From sequence record NC_031010.1: a DNA stretch of 64,000 nt, one strand, 5' to 3'. The translations under genes and the position numbers were made by a program. This document shows, in pieces, positions 1-6,211 of the stretch (its first letter is position 1; every line of letters begins with the position of its first letter). Below the pieces are notes generated by a model. It saw only the letters and a program-made list of their open reading frames with translations, was not told where the DNA came from and ran no database searches.

Positions 1-249
1 ATGAACTTGTATTTGCTGAAACGACTTGATTCCGTTGACTACGATGAGTTTGATTCCATAGTCGTGGCTGCCTCTAACCGGGGTGCCGCGCGGGTAACTC
101 GTCCGGCGTTCGGACATTGGACTAGCTCTGGCTGTTATGAAGACGACTGTGACGGTAGCTGCGAAGAGGGCATTCGCCTGAGCGTTACTTGTATCGGTCG
201 GACTGACTTGCCAGCGGGCGTTATCCATGAGTCATTTTGTGCAGGCTAG
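1..249 (+). CDS. small phage hypothetical protein
   Basis: 82-aa ORF from ATG at position 1, followed by a cUUCGg hairpin; the true start may lie upstream of the window. Confidence 0.7.
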   Translation: MNLYLLKRLDSVDYDEFDSIVVAASNRGAARVTRPAFGHWTSSGCYEDDCDGSCEEGIRLSVTCIGRTDLPAGVIHESFCAG

Positions 250-254
250 ATAAC

Positions 255-272
255 GGTGGGCTTCGGCCCACC
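255..272 (+). terminator. hairpin GGTGGGC-TTCG-GCCCACC
   Basis: 7-bp stem with cUUCGg loop just after the ORF1 stop; weak U-tract. Confidence 0.55.
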
Positions 273-301
273 AATCTCTTGACTCTCTTTTCGAGACTCG
301 A

Positions 302-472
302 ATGAAATTGAAGACCAAGTTGTATATCGCGGCGGCATTGTTTTTCATGCTGCTCGGTCACTTTGTTGGCCGAATCATGACACTGTTCGGTATCGTCATC
401 GCTATCGGCTTTGTTGTCGTTCTGGCTTGGCCTGTCATCAAACGCTTCTTGCCTAACCGTAAGCGCGTCTGA
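302..472 (+). CDS. 56-aa small membrane protein (below ORF-track cutoff)
   Basis: Hand translation MKLKTKLYIAAALFFMLLGHFVGRIMTLFGIVIAIGFVVVLAWPVIKRFLPNRKRV*: two hydrophobic segments, basic termini. Confidence 0.7.
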   Translation: MKLKTKLYIAAALFFMLLGHFVGRIMTLFGIVIAIGFVVVLAWPVIKRFLPNRKRV

Positions 473-533
473 TACGTACTGGGGTCGTTCCCTCCGTACG
501 CACTCTCTCAATCATCTAAGGTATAAATCAATC

Positions 534-1364
534 ATGAGAAAGTTACTCATTGGGGTATTGGCATTTTTAAGCTTTTCGGTCATGGCGGGCGAGAACGTCA
601 TCATCACCACAGGCCAGCAGGGTCTGACGTATAACTCCGTGTACGGGGTGAACTTAGCCGGTGCGTTGGCCGAGTTCGGTAACAAGTCGCAGGTCGTCCC
701 GTCCAAAGGGTCGCTGGATAACCTCGACAAAGTCGCGGCGAATGAAGCACAGGTTGGCTTCACGCAGGCAGATGCATTCCAGTTCTGGCGCGCTAAGCAC
801 CCGAACGAAGCGCAGAACGTAGACATCGTTGGCCAGTTAGCCCGCGAATGTGTCTGGGTAGCTGTGAAGCAGGATGGCAAAATTGGTAAAGCCGAAGAGC
901 TGACTAACGGTGCGAAGATTGCGGTCGGTGAGCCCGATAGCGGTTCGTACGCCAGCTGGCAGTATCTGCAGCAACTGGTAAAAGAATACGGTAAAGCTGA
1001 GACCTACGCCAAAGGCGGTATCCGTTCACTGGCCAAAGTGGCAACCGGTGAATACGATGCATTCCTGTGGGTGTCGGCTCCGGGCAAACCCAATAAGTTT
1101 CTGGATGCGGTCAACCAAGACGGCTCTGGCTTAAAACTGATTGATATGTCCACGTGGAACGTGAACGACAAACTGCCGAACGGCCAGTCTGTGTACACCA
1201 AAGAGTCTGCTAAGGTGAATAACAACATCTGGAATAGCTCGGTGGATGTTCCGTGCACCACGACGCTCGTTGTTGCCAACAACAACAGTAGCGAAGACCT
1301 GCTTGAAGCGGTGTCGACGATTCTGCTGAAGAATCAGTCCCGTGTCCTCGGCACTGCGAAATAG
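534..1364 (+). CDS. TAXI-family (TRAP-associated) periplasmic solute-binding protein
   Basis: Signal peptide MRKLLIGVLAFLSFSVMA; motifs TG..G.TY, SKGSLDNL, GFTQAD, IAVGEPDSGS typical of TAXI/type II periplasmic binding proteins; start moved to ATG 534. Confidence 0.8.
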   Translation: MRKLLIGVLAFLSFSVMAGENVIITTGQQGLTYNSVYGVNLAGALAEFGNKSQVVPSKGSLDNLDKVAANEAQVGFTQADAFQFWRAKHPNEAQNVDIVGQLARECVWVAVKQDGKIGKAEELTNGAKIAVGEPDSGSYASWQYLQQLVKEYGKAETYAKGGIRSLAKVATGEYDAFLWVSAPGKPNKFLDAVNQDGSGLKLIDMSTWNVNDKLPNGQSVYTKESAKVNNNIWNSSVDVPCTTTLVVANNNSSEDLLEAVSTILLKNQSRVLGTAK

Positions 1365-1960
1365 TTATCTGACAGTACGGCCGATGTGGGCTGATATCCC
1401 CATCGCGACGGAACGCGAGATTGCTGTTATCGCGAAGCGTAGACCGCAAGCAGACCCGTAAGCCTTGCGCAGCCGGGACACACAAAGCACTATTGCTTCG
1501 GCGGTAGGTGTCCCGTCCGTTCACAACTTATTCGATGAGCGAAACATGATTAGAGCCTTTGTGCAACATGCTCTTGGCCTTCTTCGGAATGTCATCAGCA
1601 ACATGCGCTTCTGGAGGCTCGATACTTATTGGTTATCAGGCTGTGGGACTGTACGCCATAAACCTGTTTCAGGACGCAAGTCCTCAACTCCGGCGCACGT
1701 CGTGAAGGACGAAGGTCAAGCACCAGCCCATTAAGCTGACTCGCTGACAAAAGCAACCTTCACCCACAATTTGAAAATAACTGATGGGATTGAGTTCCCA
1801 GATGCGAAAGAGTAGCTGTGTGCTACTGAGCACCTCCCCGGGACTGCTGAGCAGCGGGGGAATAGGGCCAACAAGAAAGTAATCGGAGGGGATGGCTCGA
1901 GAGACATTAGCCCGCGGGCACTGTTACTCACGACCTGCATCCCCTCCTGTTTAAAGATGA
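1365..1960 (+). ncRNA. candidate large structured ncRNA (~600 nt)
   Basis: No credible ORF; many helices, two cUUCGg loops (1497, 1583), GCAA tetraloop hairpin 1671-1684, 10-bp stem 1885-1894/1938-1947. Confidence 0.55.
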
Positions 1961-1975
1961 GTTAGTATATATGTT

Positions 1976-2051
1976 GCAGGCATAGCTCAGTTGGTAGAGC
2001 ATCTGATTTCCAATCAGAGGGTCGTCAGTTCGAACCTGACTGTCTGCTCCA
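1976..2051 (+). tRNA. tRNA-Gly(UCC)
   Basis: Cloverleaf: acceptor GCAGGCA/TGTCTGC, anticodon loop TTTCCAA, GTTCGAA T-loop, U73, encoded CCA. Confidence 0.95.
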
Positions 2052-2150
2052 GAAATGTAATTACAGGTTTACACTGTATTATGTACAAGACATGTGCGCT
2101 TAGCTAAACTGTTGCAAAAATAACAGGTTATCTCAGTACATATGTGCAAT

Positions 2151-2232
2151 GGTTGTGTCACGTTGGCGTGAGTTGGGTTTACGGCAGGCAAACGGACGTA
2201 AGCTCTTCGTGGTTCAATTCCACAGCACAGCC
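2151..2232 (+). ncRNA. tRNA-like RNA lacking a canonical anticodon arm
   Basis: 8-bp terminal stem GGTTGTGT/GCACAGCC, hairpin CACG-TTGG-CGTG, T-arm GTGG-TTCAATT-CCAC; no CCA. Confidence 0.55.
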
Positions 2233-2255
2233 CTCTTGTTATGTAAAAGAATTCT

Positions 2256-2340
2256 GGCGGGTTACTCAAGCGGCAACGAGAGCAGACTGTAAATCTGTTG
2301 ACTTCGGTCTTCGGTGGTTCGAGTCCACCACACGCCACCA
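2256..2340 (+). tRNA. tRNA-Tyr(GUA)
   Basis: Anticodon arm GCAGA-CTGTAAA-TCTGT, long variable arm, T-arm GGTGG-TTCGAGT-CCACC, CCA; one G-A mismatch in the acceptor stem. Confidence 0.93.
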
Positions 2341-2345
2341 GTTAT

Positions 2346-2420
2346 ACACCCATCGTCTAGCGGTTAGGACCGCTGCCTTTCGAGCAGTTAACCGGGGTTC
2401 AAATCCCCGTGGGTGTACCA
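2346..2420 (+). tRNA. tRNA-Glu(UUC) copy 1
   Basis: Acceptor ACACCCA/TGGGTGT, anticodon loop CTTTCGA, CCA. Confidence 0.92.
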
Positions 2421-2423
2421 AAC

Positions 2424-2499
2424 ATTCCCGTCATCTAGTTGGTAAGGATACGACACTTTCACTGTCGGTACACGAGTTCGAGTCTCGTCGGGAATACCA
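2424..2499 (+). tRNA. tRNA-Glu(UUC) copy 2
   Basis: Acceptor ATTCCCG/CGGGAAT, anticodon arm CGACA-CTTTCAC-TGTCG, CCA. Confidence 0.92.
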
Positions 2500-2622
2500 A
2501 ACACAAGACCGTAACCCTGCGGTGTGGTTAGTCGCCACTACTAGCGGTTACGCGATGCCCACTGCTGCGGGGTGTGTGATAGTGAGGTGGTTGACCCCAC
2601 CAAGCGAGCAGCGAGCAATTTT

Positions 2623-2698
2623 AGGGAAGTAGTTCAATTGGTAGAGCGTCGGTCTCCAAAACCGGTTGTTGGAGGTTCGAGTCCTCTCTTCCCTGCCA
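2623..2698 (+). tRNA. tRNA-Trp(CCA)
   Basis: Acceptor AGGGAAG/CTTCCCT, loop CTCCAAA, CCA. Confidence 0.95.
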
Positions 2699-2704
2699 AA
2701 CAGT

Positions 2705-2781
2705 AGGACTGTAGCTCAGACGGTTAGAGTGCCGCCCTGTCACGGCGGAGGTCGCGGGTTCGAAACCCGTCAGTCCTGCCA
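2705..2781 (+). tRNA. tRNA-Asp(GUC)
   Basis: Acceptor AGGACTG/CAGTCCT, arm CCGCC-CTGTCAC-GGCGG, CCA. Confidence 0.95.
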
Positions 2782-2786
2782 TATCT

Positions 2787-2876
2787 GGAGAATTGGATGA
2801 GTGGCTTAAGTCGCTCCCCTGCTAAGGGAGTGTATCCGAAAGGGTACCGTTGGTTCGAATCCAACATTCTCCGCCA
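2787..2876 (+). tRNA. tRNA-Ser(GCU)
   Basis: Arm CTCCC-CTGCTAA-GGGAG, long variable arm, G73, CCA. Confidence 0.95.
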
Positions 2877-2882
2877 TTACAA

Positions 2883-3036
2883 TGACACCCGCACCTCAAA
2901 ACCCTGGGTATTGCACCCAGAAAAAGAGTGCTGGCAGCCAATAAAGGCATCCGTTAGTAACCGTAGCCTTCGGGCGTAGATGGTGAAGACCGCCAAGTGC
3001 AGCCTTTAGAACTCCGTGGGATTCGGAGGGGTGTCA
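2883..3036 (+). ncRNA. 154-nt structured RNA with tRNA-like acceptor and T-arm top
   Basis: Terminal stem TGACACCC/GGGTGTCA, T-arm-like CTCCG-TGGGATT-CGGAG just before the 3' strand, nested internal helices. Confidence 0.55.
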
Positions 3037-3170
3037 CCTACACACGTTTAGAGAATCATCCTCTCTGGACGACCCCAATGGGCGCGCGGGGTGTTGATGT
3101 CTTAGGCCAGCAGCTTAAGACTAAGTCGTCTGACGTTAATTCGTCAGGGGGCGAGCGGCCACGCAATTTC

Positions 3171-3243
3171 TCAACGGTAAGCAAAACTGTGATGCACTGT
3201 GCTCGCGAACAGAATAGGTGGGTTAGAATCCCATAACCGTTGA
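3171..3243 (+). ncRNA. 73-nt tRNA-like RNA
   Basis: Stem TCAACGGT/ACCGTTGA, T-arm GTGGG-TTAGAAT-CCCAT; no D-arm or standard anticodon loop. Confidence 0.5.
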
Positions 3244-3252
3244 CCCTTTTAT

Positions 3253-3328
3253 TGGTGATTAGTTCAGTCGGTAGAACAGTGGACTGTTAATCCATATGTC
3301 GCAGGTTCGATTCCTGCATCACCAGCCA
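3253..3328 (+). tRNA. tRNA-Asn(GUU)
   Basis: Acceptor TGGTGAT/ATCACCA, loop CTGTTAA, G73, CCA. Confidence 0.95.
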
Positions 3329-3330
3329 CC

Positions 3331-3781
3331 TTTGCTCTGAGATAACTGTGAATGGCATTCCGGAAAAATTTCATTCAACCTAACACGTGCGGTCGTCTCA
3401 GCGCAAAACCCTTTCGGGATAGTGAACCCTGCAAACCGATGTGCTTGCATATCGGGTGTCCGCTATCCCGGACCTAATACAGACGGAAGCCGAATAGGTT
3501 TTTCTAACGCACTTACGCCCAGAGCCATTACGGGCTTCTGTCTGTACCAAATAGGGCATGGAGAGAGGTTGGCGATAATAGGCCGCCCTGTCTGTGTCCG
3601 TCCTTGTTTGTCGGGTAGGTAGTTCGCTTCCCCCCATGGATGCTGGCTGTGTCAGCCTGCCCGACAATCCACATTAGCGCGCTTGCTAATAGGTGTCTGA
3701 ACCTGACCCGTCGGATACTGCCCAGGTAGTTAGAAAGACTTCGACCACACCAGGGTACCCCCTCTCCGTTTTGGAGAGGGG
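3331..3781 (+). ncRNA. candidate structured ncRNA region (~450 nt)
   Basis: Consecutive long helices 3331-3407, 3415-3470, 3478-3546 (followed by CCA), 3608-3667, ending in a 9-bp hairpin 3759-3781. Confidence 0.5.
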
Positions 3782-3800
3782 AATACTCTATTTTATTTCG

Positions 3801-3820
3801 GATAGATATTATCTCTGTGA
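3801..3820 (+). promoter_or_regulatory. putative phage early promoter, RATAGATATTATY-N3-RTGA
   Basis: GATAGATATTATC-TCT-GTGA; the motif recurs 8 times upstream of genes. Confidence 0.7.
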
Positions 3821-3867
3821 ACGAAGATGTATTCACTTTAATCGACTGATCACAGAGGCCAGTAAAT

Positions 3868-4923
3868 ATGAAAAATCGTCACTTCAGTAATACCCGCAAC
3901 GGTGCACCTAAGATTGATGCACTGAGCAGCTTGCAAGGCTTAGGCTACACAGCACTCCAGGCAAAGAATATTCGCATGTGGCTTCCTCGCCAGTTCGGCA
4001 TGGGCGGTCTGGCATTACCTCGGGCTAACTACGAGTTCTGGAAAGCCTACGAGATTGTCAAGGACATGCAGCAGTACCGCAAGACCAATGCCCTCTCTTT
4101 ACAATTCGCGGGCTACGCAAAGGGCCGTACCGTATTCCAGTTCACGGATAACGAGTTCTTGGAGTACCGCAGTCCGACACTGCACTCAACGGTGTGGTCA
4201 CTCGAGTTTGTGCGTCACTTTGGCAACGGCCTGTGGCGCAGCAGCACGGATGCCTTTGAAGGTGGCCCACGCCAGCTTGAGTACATCGGGGATAACCTGC
4301 GTTTGAAGCGCGGTGAGTTGGCAACCCGTATTGTGGAGATGGAAGCCACACAGACGGTATACGACCTTAACGCAGACGGCGGCTATTTACCCCGTAACCT
4401 CGAACGCTATACCGAGAACGCGCGTGAGTCCATCGCTACGCTGTTCACCATGGCCGCGGTGTGTCACAGTAACCTGACGCTGAAAAGCGGCTGGAACCTC
4501 AACCCAGAGCGTCTGTGCTTCACCAAGTACCAGCACTGCGATTCACATCGCTTAGCGTTTGCCATCGGTAAACTCTGTGAGCTTTACCCACAGAAGGAAC
4601 AGTCGATTCGCAGTCACGTGATTCGGATTATGCAGACCCCGAACCACATTCAACTGATGAACGATGACTTTATCCCCGGGGTGTATCATGAAGGTGGAAA
4701 GGTACTCGCGGTTGAGCAACCGAGCTTCATTCTCAGTCCCGCCGGGGGTTTTATTCCGAGTGCCTTACAAGGAAGTCTGCCTGCCTTCTTTGTGAACCTG
4801 CCTTTCGCGTATGGGCCAAGTACCACCATCAACAAGCCGATGTTGTTTGTACCAAGAGAGTTGCGAGACGCCCACACCGAAGAAGAGTGGCTCCTCGGTG
4901 CTCGCCTGTTCTTTAAACTGTAA
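3868..4923 (+). CDS. hypothetical protein (351 aa)
   Basis: Long ORF between the promoter motif and a strong terminator; no family recognised. Confidence 0.85.
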   Translation: MKNRHFSNTRNGAPKIDALSSLQGLGYTALQAKNIRMWLPRQFGMGGLALPRANYEFWKAYEIVKDMQQYRKTNALSLQFAGYAKGRTVFQFTDNEFLEYRSPTLHSTVWSLEFVRHFGNGLWRSSTDAFEGGPRQLEYIGDNLRLKRGELATRIVEMEATQTVYDLNADGGYLPRNLERYTENARESIATLFTMAAVCHSNLTLKSGWNLNPERLCFTKYQHCDSHRLAFAIGKLCELYPQKEQSIRSHVIRIMQTPNHIQLMNDDFIPGVYHEGGKVLAVEQPSFILSPAGGFIPSALQGSLPAFFVNLPFAYGPSTTINKPMLFVPRELRDAHTEEEWLLGARLFFKL

Positions 4924-4929
4924 TACGAG

Positions 4930-4956
4930 AAAGAGCCTGCGGGCTCTTTTTTTTTT
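4930..4956 (+). terminator. intrinsic terminator
   Basis: AAGAGCC-TGCG-GGCTCTT plus long T-run. Confidence 0.85.
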
Positions 4957-5007
4957 CTTTTTTTTACTTCATGCATGATTTCTTATAGAAGGCGATAGGA
5001 GACCTCA

Positions 5008-5406
5008 ATGCAAACCACATCTAGTTTTTTCGAATTACTTGAAAAGGGCATCAAGCCAAACGACTTTATCGAACGTTCACGTATCGACGAGATTCACTCT
5101 GACGTCATGGAAGTCATGGGCAGTCTGCCTATGTTCCAGAGTTGGATTGCAAGCCTAAAGCTCAGCGATGAGATGGCAATGCGTGACGGGGCCGATGTGC
5201 CTGTTTATACCACACAGTACAATATTTCCACCGCCGAAGCCGGTGCAATGCGCAATAACCCGAAAGTGGGTTTACGTTTCTTTGCGTCCATGGCACAGGC
5301 GTTGGTCGATCGCGCGATTCCTTGTGATGAAGTTTTTGCTATCGTAACAGACTGCATCCATTCCTTGGCCTACGCTACGGGTAACCGTATCGAGAACGTC
5401 CACTAA
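5008..5406 (+). CDS. hypothetical protein (132 aa)
   Basis: AGGAG RBS before ATG. Confidence 0.8.
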   Translation: MQTTSSFFELLEKGIKPNDFIERSRIDEIHSDVMEVMGSLPMFQSWIASLKLSDEMAMRDGADVPVYTTQYNISTAEAGAMRNNPKVGLRFFASMAQALVDRAIPCDEVFAIVTDCIHSLAYATGNRIENVH

Positions 5407-5474
5407 GTTTTTTACGGCACCCGGTCTCATTATAGGGAAGTGTGTGCTGTAGCTTCTCTCAAGGAGACCTTATC

Positions 5475-5861
5475 ATGAGCATCAAAGTTCGACCGATGGA
5501 CGTTATACGCGCCCATCCGGATTCTTTGGCTAATATTGAGCCAACGTCAGAACTGGACAAAGAACTCCTGAATTCTATTCAGTGGGGTTTTGCTTTGCAT
5601 CCAGATGAAGCTGACAATACCCATCCAATGGAAATCCCGAAAGGGTCAACCATTGACTGGTCTGAAACAGACAATTGTGAAGACGTTACCCAATTCGTAC
5701 GTCAAGCAACTGTGCCCCCGCGGTATCCTATCGCCGGTGCGGCAGAGCACGTTATCTCCCTGCGTCGCGTTATCAACGCGCAGGAGGCAATCGTGCGTGA
5801 GGGTGTGGCGTGGCAGCATGGCACTACTGCACACCTTAAAGATATCTTTCAGCCCGGTTAA
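5475..5861 (+). CDS. hypothetical protein (128 aa)
   Basis: AAGGAG RBS before ATG 5475. Confidence 0.8.
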   Translation: MSIKVRPMDVIRAHPDSLANIEPTSELDKELLNSIQWGFALHPDEADNTHPMEIPKGSTIDWSETDNCEDVTQFVRQATVPPRYPIAGAAEHVISLRRVINAQEAIVREGVAWQHGTTAHLKDIFQPG

Positions 5862-5911
5862 GTGATACCCTGCTCACTGGGCAGGGTTTTCTTATTTCTA
5901 CTGACCGAGGA

Positions 5912-6130
5912 GTGTTTGTGCGTATCTTCAAAGTGATGTTCGTTTGGGGTCTGTTTAGTTTCTTTCTGACCGCGATAATCACTGTTCCGATTGGCTTTCG
6001 GTTATTGAATCCAGAGCGACCATTTGCCGCCACCTGTATTGGTGCACTGGTGAGTTTGTTGCTGGCCGATATCTTTCACCGCGTTTATAACTACTACACA
6101 TTTGCAATGTTAAAATACACCCGCATGTAA
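5912..6130 (+). CDS. small two-TM membrane protein
   Basis: GAGGAG RBS, GTG start, two hydrophobic stretches. Confidence 0.7.
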   Translation: MFVRIFKVMFVWGLFSFFLTAIITVPIGFRLLNPERPFAATCIGALVSLLLADIFHRVYNYYTFAMLKYTRM

Positions 6131-6185
6131 GACCTGTCTTCGGACAGGTCAACGTGTTTTTATTTTTTGCATTAAAAAAGAAAAG

Positions 6186-6209
6186 ACTGCCCACCTTTCG
6201 GCGGGCAGT
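6186..6209. terminator. hairpin between convergent genes
   Basis: ACTGCCC...GGGCAGT preceded by an A-run (U-tract on the minus strand). Confidence 0.7.
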
Positions 6210-6211
6210 GC

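Noticed and set aside
411-533. 5' extension of the TAXI ORF from TTG 411
   Set aside because: It overlaps the 302-472 mini-gene and would bury the signal peptide; ATG 534 is the better start.
1365-1960. Group I/II intron, RNase P RNA or hammerhead ribozyme
   Set aside because: No P/Q/R/S elements, domain V, GAGGAAAGUCC or CUGANGA/GAAA cores found by eye, and no interrupted gene.
2151-2232. Selenocysteine or suppressor tRNA
   Set aside because: The 8-bp acceptor-like stem is suggestive, but there is no UCA/CUA anticodon loop and no 6-bp D-stem.
2883-3245. Phage tmRNA (about 360 nt, contains GCAGCTTAA like the ssrA tag end)
   Set aside because: No GGG-start acceptor with G3:U70, no long-range acceptor pairing, an in-frame TGA six codons before the tag-like end, and the T-arm units close locally.
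1465-3836. Short ORFs across the tRNA island (1465, 2144, 2797, 2997, 3422 etc.)
   Set aside because: They overlap tRNAs or structured RNA, lack RBSs and have unnatural composition.
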